Shown here: one piece after another, positions 10,519 to 19,937 of the stretch
Layout: the number at the start of each line of letters is the position of its first letter
How positions within the stretch are numbered: the stretch's first letter is position 1
Assembly: GCA_965203055.1 (NCBI GenBank)
Contig: OZ241863.1
Location: forward strand, 2,560,001-2,624,000
Direction: 5' to 3'
Origin: Spirochaetia bacterium
GTDB taxonomy: Bacteria > Spirochaetota > Spirochaetia > SZUA-6 > Bin103
DNA length: 64,000 bases
Position numbers and translations under genes: made by a program
The notes under the pieces: model-generated
Database searches by the model: none
What the model was told of the DNA's origin: nothing
The model's input: only the letters and a program-made list of their open reading frames with translations

Positions 10519-11679
10519 CTACGGAACTATAACCATGGGGGCCGGGGAGGTGTCAACCAGCGCCGCCGCGGCCACCGCGTCCGGATCGATGGCCACCCCG
10601 CCGGCGCGCACCTCCCAGTGCAGATGGGGGCCGGTGGCCAGACCGGTGCTGCCGACGGTGCCCACCACCGCCCCGGGGGCCACGCGCTGGCCCTCCCGCA
10701 CCAGGAGCCGCGACAAGTGGTAGTACAGCGAGTAGACGCCGGGCAGGTGTTCGATCACCACCGAGAGCCCGGTGACGATGCGCGCCCTGGCCATCATTAC
10801 CGTGCCGCCGCCGGCGGCCGCCACCGCGGTACCCTCCGGGGCCGCGAAGTCGATGCCGTTGTGAATCGAGAAGTCCACGCTGCCGTCCTGGTAGCGAAAG
10901 GTGCGCCGGTCGCCGAAACCGGAGGTGCGCCGTACCGCGCCCAACGGCAACCGCAGCGGCCCCAGGTGGCGGTGCGCCTCCGCGCGCCAGGAGGAGAGCA
11001 GGCGCCACAGTTCGCGCGACTGTTCCTCGCGCCGGGGATCCGGCGACCGCCGCAGCGACGACAGGTCGGCGCGCAACGGGATCTCCTCCTCGGCGAACGC
11101 GCGCCGGCCGATGCTCAACGGTTGCGCCAGCAGCAGCCGCAACGCGCCCGGCCCCGCGGCGCCGGCGCTGCGGCCCGCTACCTGCAGCCGGGCAGTTCCC
11201 TCGGCAAAGGTACTCGGAATCCCGATCAGGGCCGCCCACGAGTCGCCGGACGAGTCCGCGGCGACGGCAAAGCCGCGCCCGGTGACCCGCTCCGGGCCCG
11301 GCAACTCGACGTTGACCGTAAGCTCGGCGAGCGGGACTTCGCTGGCCACGAACACCCGCACCGGGCCTCCCGGCGCAGCGGCGCGCGGCGCCGCCAACCG
11401 GGGCCAGGGCGGCGGCCCCGACCCGCCGTAATGCAGGAACAGACCCGTATCCGGCACCAGCCGCCGCGCCGCAACCTGATACCGGGAGCCGGGAGAGCAC
11501 CACACCGCCAACCCCGCTTCCACCAGTTGGCGGCCGTCCGGTCCGACTACCGGCAGCAGGAACGCCGCCTCCGGGGCGGCGGGGGCCGGAACCGCAAGCG
11601 ACTGCGCCAACGGCCCGACTGCCGGCGCCGCGCAGACCACCGCGGCCGCCAGCAGCGTGCGCCAGCCGCGCCCCGCCAT
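10519..11679 (-). CDS. M23 family metallopeptidase, secreted
   Basis: Signal-like N-terminus plus HNGIDF, YSLYYHL and TGPHLHWEV M23 motifs. The start overlaps the recJ stop (TGATG). Confidence 0.85.
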   Translation of the reverse strand: MAGRGWRTLLAAAVVCAAPAVGPLAQSLAVPAPAAPEAAFLLPVVGPDGRQLVEAGLAVWCSPGSRYQVAARRLVPDTGLFLHYGGSGPPPWPRLAAPRAAAPGGPVRVFVASEVPLAELTVNVELPGPERVTGRGFAVAADSSGDSWAALIGIPSTFAEGTARLQVAGRSAGAAGPGALRLLLAQPLSIGRRAFAEEEIPLRADLSSLRRSPDPRREEQSRELWRLLSSWRAEAHRHLGPLRLPLGAVRRTSGFGDRRTFRYQDGSVDFSIHNGIDFAAPEGTAVAAAGGGTVMMARARIVTGLSVVIEHLPGVYSLYYHLSRLLVREGQRVAPGAVVGTVGSTGLATGPHLHWEVRAGGVAIDPDAVAAAALVDTSPAPMVIVP

Positions 11680-13787
11680 CAGCGCTCCAGATCCAGAATC
11701 GTGAGCTGCAAGGTCTCCATCTGATTGTAGCGCGAGCGGGTGAGCCGAAACACGATGTTGACGCGGTCGCCGGCCTTGAACTCGGTACCCACCTTGTCGG
11801 CCGCATTCCAGTACAAGCCGGGCCAACGGTAGCCGCCGGCGTCGAGCAGCAACTTGGCGTGCGCCGGCTGCCCCTTGCCCACCAACTCCACCTGCAGGAT
11901 CGGCACGCCGCGCATCAGGAATGCCAACGGGCGGTGGCCGGCGCCGTAGGGCGCAAACAGATCCGCGGTCTGCCACACCTGCGGGGCGAGGTAGGCCGGC
12001 GGAATCTCGGCATCCACGGTCCGGGCCGCGGCCTGCGGCGGCTCCACCGCGTCGATCATCTCCGCCAGCTCCTGCAGCCGTTGCGCCAACTGCGGCAGCC
12101 GCTCCGAGGTCAGATTGAACCCGCCGGCCATGGCGTGGCCGCCCCAGCGCGGCAACAGGTCATCCATCGGTCCCAGCAGGTCGGGCACCGGCAGCCCCGG
12201 CAGGGTGCGTACCGAGCCGCTCGCCTCCTCGCCCTGGTCGGCCACCACGATCGCCGGGGCACGAAACGCGTCCACCAACCGGGCCGCCAGCATGCCGGTC
12301 ACGCCGCGCGGCAGTTGCCGGTCGATGACCCACACCAACTTGCCGCCGGAACGGTCGTAGCTCTCGCGGGCGCCGGGCTGCGCGCGGGTCCAGGCTTCGT
12401 CGGCCACCGTCCGGCGCCGTTGATTGAGCTTCACCAACTGCTCGGTCAAGTCGCGCGCCTCCGCTTCGTCGGCGGTCAGCAACAGGCGCACCGCCAGCGG
12501 GGCCTCGCCCATGCGGCCGGGGGCGTTCAACACCGGCGACAGGTGAAACGAGACGTCGATGGTGGTGAGGTCGCGGCCATATAGATTGACGCGCGCCAGC
12601 AGCTCGCGGAGCCCGGCCCGCCGCGTGGCGGTCAGAACCCGCAATCCGCGCTTGACCAGGATCCGGTTTTCGTCACGCAGCGGCATCAGGTCGGCGATGG
12701 TGGAGAGCGCCACCAGGTCGAGCGCGTCCTCGCCGCCGGCCATCAACTCCGGGTGGCGGCGCAACGCCACCACGGTGAACATCTCCGCCAGCAGGTCGAG
12801 CTCGCTGCAGGTTCCGTCGCTGTAGCGCGCCAGCTTGCTGCCTTCGCGCAGTTGCAGCAGCGACTTGCCGGCGGCCGGAGGATGCACCGCCGCCAGTTCG
12901 GGAGCCAGATCATGAACGTACAGGTCCACTGCGCCGCAGGCGCGGGCCAGCAGGCTGCGCACCAGCGCCGCGTCGTACACCAGGATTTCGCAACCGGCGG
13001 CGAACTCGGCCAGCCGCTCCGCGGCCGGGGCGCCGGCCCCCGGGTTGACGGTCTCGAACAGGCCGGGCCCGCGCACCAGGTTGGTCAGCTTGACCGCCTC
13101 GATCACCACGCTGTCGTTCAGCGGGCGCACGTTGAGCAGGCACACGGTCTCGCCGAACAGCGCGGTGCGGGCGAAGCGCAGCGCCCAGGCCAGCTTCCAC
13201 ACCACGCCGCAGGCCGACAGCTCCGGGAACGGATAGGAGGAGTCGGTCAGCTTGGGGTCCACCACCAGCGCGGCGGGCACCTCGCTCAGCGGCTCGTGGT
13301 GATCCACCACGATCACCTCCAGGCCGCGCTCCTGCGCCGCGGCAATCTCGGCCGTGGCGGTGACGCCGCAGTCCACGGTGATCAGCAGCCGCACCTCGGA
13401 GGCGGCCAACTCCTCGATCAGCGCCGGCGTCAGGCCGTAGGGGGCATCTCCTTCCGGCAGCCGCCAGCTCACCGAGGCGCCCATTCCCTGCAAGGTTTCC
13501 ACCATCAGCGCCGTGGAGGTGACCCCATCCACGTCGCGGTCGCCGAACACCAACATCGGCTCCTCGGCCGCCACCGCGTCGATGATGCGCTGCACCGCCG
13601 CGGCGATGCTCGGCAGGGTGAAGGGATTGTGCAGGTAGTGAGCGTCCTCCTCGATCAGATAGCGGACCGAACGAGGGTCGCTGAGCCCGCGGCGCAGGAG
13701 AATCGAGCTCACCAGCGGGTCGAGGCGGTAGCGCGCGGCAATGCGCTTCACCTCGCCGGCGTCGACTTCAGTCTTGGACCAATCCAC
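11679..13787 (-). CDS. recJ: single-stranded DNA exonuclease RecJ
   Basis: Motifs GDRDVDG, ITVDCG, VDHH, TIADLMPL.DENR and GGHAMAGG. Confidence 0.93.
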   Translation of the reverse strand: MDWSKTEVDAGEVKRIAARYRLDPLVSSILLRRGLSDPRSVRYLIEEDAHYLHNPFTLPSIAAAVQRIIDAVAAEEPMLVFGDRDVDGVTSTALMVETLQGMGASVSWRLPEGDAPYGLTPALIEELAASEVRLLITVDCGVTATAEIAAAQERGLEVIVVDHHEPLSEVPAALVVDPKLTDSSYPFPELSACGVVWKLAWALRFARTALFGETVCLLNVRPLNDSVVIEAVKLTNLVRGPGLFETVNPGAGAPAAERLAEFAAGCEILVYDAALVRSLLARACGAVDLYVHDLAPELAAVHPPAAGKSLLQLREGSKLARYSDGTCSELDLLAEMFTVVALRRHPELMAGGEDALDLVALSTIADLMPLRDENRILVKRGLRVLTATRRAGLRELLARVNLYGRDLTTIDVSFHLSPVLNAPGRMGEAPLAVRLLLTADEAEARDLTEQLVKLNQRRRTVADEAWTRAQPGARESYDRSGGKLVWVIDRQLPRGVTGMLAARLVDAFRAPAIVVADQGEEASGSVRTLPGLPVPDLLGPMDDLLPRWGGHAMAGGFNLTSERLPQLAQRLQELAEMIDAVEPPQAAARTVDAEIPPAYLAPQVWQTADLFAPYGAGHRPLAFLMRGVPILQVELVGKGQPAHAKLLLDAGGYRWPGLYWNAADKVGTEFKAGDRVNIVFRLTRSRYNQMETLQLTILDLER

Positions 13788-13796
13788 CGGCGGTAT

Positions 13797-14417
13797 TCAG
13801 GAGGCGCCGAGGGGCCGGACGGCCAGCGCCTCGTAGCGGGCGCCGGCGCGGTCGAGGCGGGACTCGAACAGCACCAGGCGGTCGAGAAGAAACCAGGCGC
13901 CCGACCAGGTGACCGGCGCGCGCGCGGTCCAGGTGCGCGCGCGGCGCACCCGGGCCACCGTGACGTGCGGCCGCGGCGGCCGGCGGTCCACCGGGAATCC
14001 GGCGCCCGCCGCCAGCCCGCGCATGCGCGCCAGGAAGTCGGTCAGCTCACCGGCGCCGCCGCCGAACACGGCGTGCAGTACCCGGGCCGGGCCATGCGGC
14101 GGCAGTTGGCCCAATCCCGTGAGCCGGCAGCGCAGCGGAACCATCTCTCTCAGGGCATCGCGGCGGCATAGCTCGCAGGCCCGCGCCAGGTCGCCGCCGG
14201 ACAGATTACCGAAGAAGTGCACCGTTACATGATAACCCGCCGGCGCCACCGGCCGCAGCGCGTCCGCGGCGGCCAGCAACGGGGCGCAACGCGCCGCCAA
14301 CTCGCGGCGCGCCGGCGGCGGCAGCGGCAGCGCCAGGAACACGCGGCGGGTGGACGGGTCCGGCCCGGACCTTGCCGGCCCGGACTCCGCCGGCACGCCC
14401 GCGCGGGCCCGGCTCAC
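13797..14417 (-). CDS. thpR: RNA 2',3'-cyclic phosphodiesterase (2H family)
   Basis: RVFLAL and two HxT motifs (YHVTVHF, PHVTVAR). The GTG start overlaps the recO stop. Confidence 0.85.
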   Translation of the reverse strand: MSRARAGVPAESGPARSGPDPSTRRVFLALPLPPPARRELAARCAPLLAAADALRPVAPAGYHVTVHFFGNLSGGDLARACELCRRDALREMVPLRCRLTGLGQLPPHGPARVLHAVFGGGAGELTDFLARMRGLAAGAGFPVDRRPPRPHVTVARVRRARTWTARAPVTWSGAWFLLDRLVLFESRLDRAGARYEALAVRPLGAS

Positions 14418-15196
14418 AGGAGGCCGCCGGCGCATCGCAACGAGTTGAGCGGCGCTTCCAGGCCGTGCTGGATCAGTTGCTGCAACGTCCGGCGCAGCCC
14501 TTCGCTGCCGGCGAACGGCTGCTGCGCGGCCTGCTCCAGGCGCAGGCCCGTGGTAGCGATGAGAAAGCGCCGCGCCGCCGGCTCCAGCCGCAGCCTGACC
14601 GCGGCGGCGGCCCCGGCAGCGCCGGCGGAGGCGCATTGCCGGCACCAGCCCTCCCCGCTCGCCGCCAGACGCAGCTCCTCGTCCGGCGCCAGCGCCCGCC
14701 CGCAGCCGGCGCAGTGCTCCAGGTCGGGGGCGAGGCCCAGGAGCTGCAGGCAGCGCCACAGCACGTGCACCGACACCGCCCCGACCCGACTCGAACCGGC
14801 CTCGTCGAGGGCGCCGAGTCCGGCCGCCAGCAGGCCGTGCAGCGCCGCGGCCTCGCCGCCCCCGCCGTGGCTGCGCAACACGATCTCCACCCACAGCGAG
14901 GCGGTGAAGAACTTGGCGAGGTCGGCGCGGATCGCGGCGTGCAGGTTGCGCGGTTCCACGTCGGTCACCTTGAAGGAATCGCGCACCGGATCGTGATAGA
15001 GATAGGCGGTGACGCAGGCGAAGGGGATGGCCGCCGCCTTCAGCTTGCTGGCCGCCTTGCCGGCGCCGTGCGCGGTCGCGTACACCACTCCCCGCCGGGG
15101 GGTGAACAGCGCGACGCTGCGGTGGATCTCACCCATGCGCGCCGCCTTCAGCACCACGGCCGACTCGATCGAGTTGCGGCGCCGATTCGACGGCAT
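14414..15196 (-). CDS. recO: DNA repair protein RecO
   Basis: AVVLK...GEIHRSVALFTP..G...ATAHGA N-terminal OB region and a CxxC...CxxC zinc motif. Confidence 0.88.
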   Translation of the reverse strand: MPSNRRRNSIESAVVLKAARMGEIHRSVALFTPRRGVVYATAHGAGKAASKLKAAAIPFACVTAYLYHDPVRDSFKVTDVEPRNLHAAIRADLAKFFTASLWVEIVLRSHGGGGEAAALHGLLAAGLGALDEAGSSRVGAVSVHVLWRCLQLLGLAPDLEHCAGCGRALAPDEELRLAASGEGWCRQCASAGAAGAAAAVRLRLEPAARRFLIATTGLRLEQAAQQPFAGSEGLRRTLQQLIQHGLEAPLNSLRCAGGLL

Positions 15197-15250
15197 GGCG
15201 CAGCTTAGCCGCGGCCCCGCCGCGGGATCAACGGCTGCGGCGCGGAAACC

Positions 15251-15279
15251 TTGACTTGGCCTGCCCGCGGCACTACTTT
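15251..15279 (+). promoter_or_regulatory. putative sigma70 promoter for lon (near-leaderless)
   Basis: TTGACT-N17-TACTTT ends 8 nt before the lon ATG, with no SD. Confidence 0.55.
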
Positions 15280-15287
15280 CAATCCGC

Positions 15288-17669
15288 ATGGAGCATCGGC
15301 AGATCATCCCCGCCGATACGGTTCTCCCGCCCAAACTTACCATCCTGCCGCTGCCCAATTCTCCCATGTTCCCCGGCGTCTTCACGCCGATGATGATTCC
15401 CGAGGGACGCGGCGAGGAAGTGGTGCGCCAGGCGCTCAACGGCGACGGCTGCGTCGGTCTGGTGCTGGTCCGCGCCGCCGGCGGCTCCGAGGACGCTCCC
15501 GAACCGCCCGAGGCAGCGCGCGGCGCGGACCTCCATGAGGTCGGTACGGCCGCCAAGATAGTACGCAAGATCAACCTGCCCGACGGCGGCATCAACATCT
15601 TCGTCTCCACCCTCAGACGGTTTCGCATCGCCAAGTTTCTGCACCCGGCCACCCCTCTGGTAGCCGCGGTCGAGTATCTCGACAACACCAACCTGGACTC
15701 CATCGAGGTGCGCGCGCTGACGCGCGCCCTGATCGCCGAGATGAAGCAGGTCTCGGAAAACAACCCCCTGTTTTCCGAGGAGATGCGGCTCAACATGGTG
15801 AACATCGACCACCCCGGAAAGATCGCCGACTTCGTAGCCTCGATTCTCAACATAGCGGCCGTCGAGAAGCAGCGAATACTGGAGACGGTGGACGTGCGGG
15901 AGCGCATGGAGAAGGTCCTGGTCTTCATCAAGAAGGAGCAGGAGCTGCTCCGCATCCAGAAGAAGATCCAGAATCAGCTCAACGAGAAGATCGAGAAGAG
16001 TCAGCGCGAGTATTTCCTCAAGGAGCAGCTCAAGGCGATCAAGAGCGAGCTGGGCATGCCGGTCGACGCCAAGTCCAACGAGCATCAACGCCTCCGGGAA
16101 GCGTTCGAGAAGCTCGATCTGCGCGGCGAGGCGAAAGAGCGCGTGGACGACGAGATGGAGAAGTTCGCGCTGATGGATCCCAGTTCGGCCGAGTTCGTGG
16201 TGACCCGCAACTACCTGGAGACGATCGCGGCGCTGCCGTGGGGCGATCCCGAGCCGAAGCCGGTGGACTTGATCCGCGCCCGGCGCCGGTTGGACCGCGA
16301 CCACTACGGCCTGGAAGACGTCAAGGAGCGGATTCTGGAGTTCCTGGCGGTCGCCAAGTTGACTGCCGAGGGGACCGGCCGCGGGAGCTGGCGCGGCTCG
16401 ATCATCTGCCTGGCCGGGCCGCCGGGGGTGGGCAAGACCTCGGTCGGCAAGTCCATTGCCGGAGCCCTGGGACGCGCCTTCTTCCGCTTCTCGGTGGGTG
16501 GCATGCGCGACGAGGCGGAGATCAAGGGGCACCGCCGAACCTACGTAGGAGCGATGCCGGGCAAGGTGATCCAGGGCCTGCGCATCGTCAAGACGCGCGA
16601 CCCCGTGTTCATGATCGACGAGATCGACAAGCTCGGCGTGTCGTTTCAGGGGGATCCGTCGTCGGCCTTGCTGGAAGTGCTGGATGCGGAACAGAACGCC
16701 GCGTTCCGAGATCACTACCTCGATCTGCCGTTCGACATTTCGGCGGTCATGTTCATTGCCACCGCCAACACGCTGGACACGATTCCCGCCCCGCTGCTGG
16801 ACCGCATGGAAGTGATCCGCCTGTCCGGTTACATCGAACAGGAGAAGGTCCACATCGCGCGCCGCTACCTGATTCCGAAGTCGCTGCGGCGGGCCGGTCT
16901 CGACAAGGGCCGGATCAAGTACGATGCGGGATCGCTGCGGGCCATACCCGGCAACTGGGCGCGTGAGGCGGGCGTGCGCAACTACGAAAAGGCGCTCGAC
17001 CGAATCCATCGCAAGATCGCCAAGCAGGTAATGTTGGAAACCGTGGAGTTGCCGCTCAGGATTACGCGCGAGAGGTTGCCGGAGTACCTCGGCAAGCCGC
17101 TGTTCGTGGAGGAGGAGCGCAACCGGATCACCGCCCCGGGGATGGTGATGGGGCTGGCCTGGACGGCGCTCGGCGGCGCCGTGTTGATGGTGGAGGCGGT
17201 TGCCAATCGGGGACGCGGCGGCATCAAGCTGACCGGCAAGATGGGCGAAGTGATGCAGGAATCGGCCAACATCGCGTACACCTGGGTGCGGCTGGTAGCG
17301 GGCCTCCACGCCATCGAGCCCGGCTACTTCGACGAGCACCTGATTCACCTCCATATTCCCGCCGGGGCGACCCCGAAGGATGGTCCTTCGGCCGGTATCA
17401 CGATGGCCTGCGCGCTGCTTTCGCTGGTGCGGCGGAAGAAGGTCCGGCAGTCGCTGGCGATGACCGGGGAGCTGTCGCTGGTGGGCAAGGTGCTTCCCGT
17501 CGGCGGTCTGAAGGAGAAGGTGATCGCCGCCAAGCGCAACAAGGTGAAGGAGATCATCATGCCGCAGGCCAACGCGAAGGACCTCGACGAAATCCCCGAG
17601 AACGTACGCAAGGGCATCCTCTTTACGCCGGTGGACTCGATGGATGCCGTCGTGTCCAGGCTCTTTTGA
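15288..17669 (+). CDS. lon: ATP-dependent Lon protease
   Basis: GPPGVGKTS, DEIDK, PKDGPSAG catalytic Ser motif, GGLKEK. Confidence 0.97.
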   Translation: MEHRQIIPADTVLPPKLTILPLPNSPMFPGVFTPMMIPEGRGEEVVRQALNGDGCVGLVLVRAAGGSEDAPEPPEAARGADLHEVGTAAKIVRKINLPDGGINIFVSTLRRFRIAKFLHPATPLVAAVEYLDNTNLDSIEVRALTRALIAEMKQVSENNPLFSEEMRLNMVNIDHPGKIADFVASILNIAAVEKQRILETVDVRERMEKVLVFIKKEQELLRIQKKIQNQLNEKIEKSQREYFLKEQLKAIKSELGMPVDAKSNEHQRLREAFEKLDLRGEAKERVDDEMEKFALMDPSSAEFVVTRNYLETIAALPWGDPEPKPVDLIRARRRLDRDHYGLEDVKERILEFLAVAKLTAEGTGRGSWRGSIICLAGPPGVGKTSVGKSIAGALGRAFFRFSVGGMRDEAEIKGHRRTYVGAMPGKVIQGLRIVKTRDPVFMIDEIDKLGVSFQGDPSSALLEVLDAEQNAAFRDHYLDLPFDISAVMFIATANTLDTIPAPLLDRMEVIRLSGYIEQEKVHIARRYLIPKSLRRAGLDKGRIKYDAGSLRAIPGNWAREAGVRNYEKALDRIHRKIAKQVMLETVELPLRITRERLPEYLGKPLFVEEERNRITAPGMVMGLAWTALGGAVLMVEAVANRGRGGIKLTGKMGEVMQESANIAYTWVRLVAGLHAIEPGYFDEHLIHLHIPAGATPKDGPSAGITMACALLSLVRRKKVRQSLAMTGELSLVGKVLPVGGLKEKVIAAKRNKVKEIIMPQANAKDLDEIPENVRKGILFTPVDSMDAVVSRLF

Positions 17670-18502
17670 CGCGGCTGCTGCGGAACTGCGCGGCGCGCGC
17701 CGCGGCGCTCCGCCTGCTGGCGGCGGTAGCAGTCGGCGGATTGACCGCCGGGTGCGCGGACCCGGAACCGCCGCCGCGGCTGCACCCCGCGTTCTCGATT
17801 ACCATGCCGGACCTGGAGGAGGTCCTGGACGCGGTCGAGCCGGCCAGCGCGGAACGGATGCGCGCGCGGCCGCAGGTGTTCCTGGACCTGATGGAACAGA
17901 TGCTGCAGGCCGCGGAGCCGCTGCACCGGCTGGTCGACAAGCAGCACCCGCTCGAGGCGGACTACGTTCCCGCCGACTTGGTGGCGGTGGAACGCTATCC
18001 GATCGCCGCCAGCCGCGCCGGGCATCGCCTGGCGCGCCTCATCATGCCCGACCTGCTGGCCATGGTGGAGGCGGCGCGCGGCGCCGGCATCGAGCTGCTG
18101 GTCTCTTCCGCATACCGTTCGTACGAGTATCAGGCGGGCCTGTACGACCGCCACGTGGAGCGGATCGGGAAGGCTGCCGCCGACCGGGTGTCAGCCCGTC
18201 CCGGTCACTCCCAGCACCAGTTGGGGACCACCATCGACTTCGGCTCGATCGCCTCCGGCTACGGCGACACCCCGAACGGGCGCTGGCTGGCGGCGCATGC
18301 CTGGCGCTTCGGCTTCTCCCTCTCCTACCCGGCCGGCTATGAGGAGCTCACCGGCTACGATTACGAGCCGTGGCACTTCCGCTACCTCGGCCGGGTCGGC
18401 ACCATCCTGGAACGGCAGTTCTTCGGCAGCCTGCAGCAGCGGTTCCTGGAGTTCCTCGCGGAGTGGGCGTGGTGGTTCCAGCTACGCCTGCTCGCCCCGT
18501 AG
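17666..18502 (+). CDS. M15B family D-Ala-D-Ala carboxypeptidase (VanY-like), probable lipoprotein
   Basis: SAYRSY, SARPGHSQHQLG and YEPWHFRY motifs; lipobox-like LTAGC. Confidence 0.88.
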   Translation: MTRLLRNCAARAAALRLLAAVAVGGLTAGCADPEPPPRLHPAFSITMPDLEEVLDAVEPASAERMRARPQVFLDLMEQMLQAAEPLHRLVDKQHPLEADYVPADLVAVERYPIAASRAGHRLARLIMPDLLAMVEAARGAGIELLVSSAYRSYEYQAGLYDRHVERIGKAAADRVSARPGHSQHQLGTTIDFGSIASGYGDTPNGRWLAAHAWRFGFSLSYPAGYEELTGYDYEPWHFRYLGRVGTILERQFFGSLQQRFLEFLAEWAWWFQLRLLAP

Positions 18503-19078
18503 CCGGGCTGCGCTGACCGCCGCGGCGCCGGCGCGCAGGATGCGCGGCGGCGCTACCGTAGCGTCCACGATGGTGGAGGGCGCGGCCGCGGTCACCGCAC
18601 CGTCGTCCACGATCAGCTCCACGCGGCCGCCGAACGCCGCCCGCAGCGCCGCCGGCTCGCCGAGCGGCGGCTCGCCGGCGCGGTTGGCGCTGGTCGAGTA
18701 GAGCGGCGCGCCGACCGCGGTGATGATGGCGCGCAGCGCCGGGTCGGCCGGCACCCGTACGGCCAGGCTGGCCGCGCCGGCCGCGACCGGGCTTGGCGCG
18801 GGCTGCGCCACCGGCAGCACGATGGTCAACGGGCCGGGCCACAGCGCGGCCAGAGCCGGCGGCGGGGCGGTGCCGGTGACGGCCTCGGCGGCGCGCGCGC
18901 CGGCCACCAGCACCAGCAGCGGCTTGGCGGCGTCCGCGCGGCCCTTGAGCGCGGCCAGGCGCGCGCCGGTGGCGGGCGCCACCCCGTGCAGGCCGTACAC
19001 CGTGTCGCTGCGCATGGCGACGATGCCCCGGCGCCGCAGCACGGCGCAGATCTCCTCGTGGCGGGGATGCAGGTTCAT
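18482..19078 (-). CDS. tsaC: L-threonylcarbamoyladenylate synthase (YrdC/Sua5 family)
   Basis: SDTVYGL, LKGR, WPGPLT, STSAN and PSTIVD motifs. Confidence 0.85.
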   Translation of the reverse strand: MNLHPRHEEICAVLRRRGIVAMRSDTVYGLHGVAPATGARLAALKGRADAAKPLLVLVAGARAAEAVTGTAPPPALAALWPGPLTIVLPVAQPAPSPVAAGAASLAVRVPADPALRAIITAVGAPLYSTSANRAGEPPLGEPAALRAAFGGRVELIVDDGAVTAAAPSTIVDATVAPPRILRAGAAAVSAARLRGEQA

Positions 19079-19090
19079 CTCGAAGCGCCC

Positions 19091-19840
19091 CTACAACCGG
19101 TACACCGTGACCTCGCCGCGGCGCTGGCGGCGGCGCCGGCGGGAGGAGCTCGATTCGGCGCCGGCGGCGGCTACCGATTGCGGGGTACCCGGGGCGCGCC
19201 GGCGGCGGGCGGGGCCGGCGCTGACCGCGGGCTGAGGTCCGGCCGGTGCCTGCCGGGCGCCGCCAGAAGCAGGCGCGGCGCGGGCTTCGCCCGCCGCGGG
19301 CCAGCCGTCCGCCGCGGCCGCATCCTCCACGTTGCCGGCCACCGCGTGCGGCAGGCCGCCGGAGCGATCGGCGCGGGCCGCCGGAGGCGGGCGCCTCAGC
19401 ACCGTCTTCAGGGTAAGGAAGGCGAACATCACCAGGCCGAGGAACAGGCCGAGGGCAAGTACGTTGAACGGTTCGTGCGGCAGCGACGGCCGGGGCTGCA
19501 CCAGGGGGCCTACGTCGGCGAAGTCGGGCGCGTAGGGAGAGGCGCTGCCGGCAGGCGGTTCGGGCTGCGGTCCCACGCCGATCACCAGTTCGTCGGCGCG
19601 GTAGTAGCCGACGTCGCGCGCCAGCAGGCGCAGCAGCTCCGGTTCGGTGCGCAACAGGTGCTGCAGCCGCTGCAGGTGCGCGTGGCGCTGCTCGAGCGCT
19701 GCAATGCCGGACGCGATGCGCCGTTCATGGTCCTGCAGCCGGCGATAGTTGAGCAGCCCGGAGGCGCCGAACAGGAACGAAAGCAGGGTGGCGACGACGA
19801 AGCCTGCCACCGCGCAATAGAACAGACGCGGGACACTCAC
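19091..19840 (-). CDS. septum formation initiator (FtsB/DivIC-like) with a second TM and a low-complexity tail
   Basis: N-terminal TM ending FGASGL, a coiled coil, LARDVGYY..DE, then a second TM segment. Confidence 0.65.
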   Translation of the reverse strand: MSVPRLFYCAVAGFVVATLLSFLFGASGLLNYRRLQDHERRIASGIAALEQRHAHLQRLQHLLRTEPELLRLLARDVGYYRADELVIGVGPQPEPPAGSASPYAPDFADVGPLVQPRPSLPHEPFNVLALGLFLGLVMFAFLTLKTVLRRPPPAARADRSGGLPHAVAGNVEDAAAADGWPAAGEARAAPASGGARQAPAGPQPAVSAGPARRRRAPGTPQSVAAAGAESSSSRRRRRQRRGEVTVYRL

Positions 19841-19937
19841 TCACTCTAGACACGGCAGTCATGCCGCGCGCCTTGAATCGGGCCGCAATCATACTGCGCG
19901 GTTACGCCGCCGATATTATAGGCACTTGGTTGAACTT

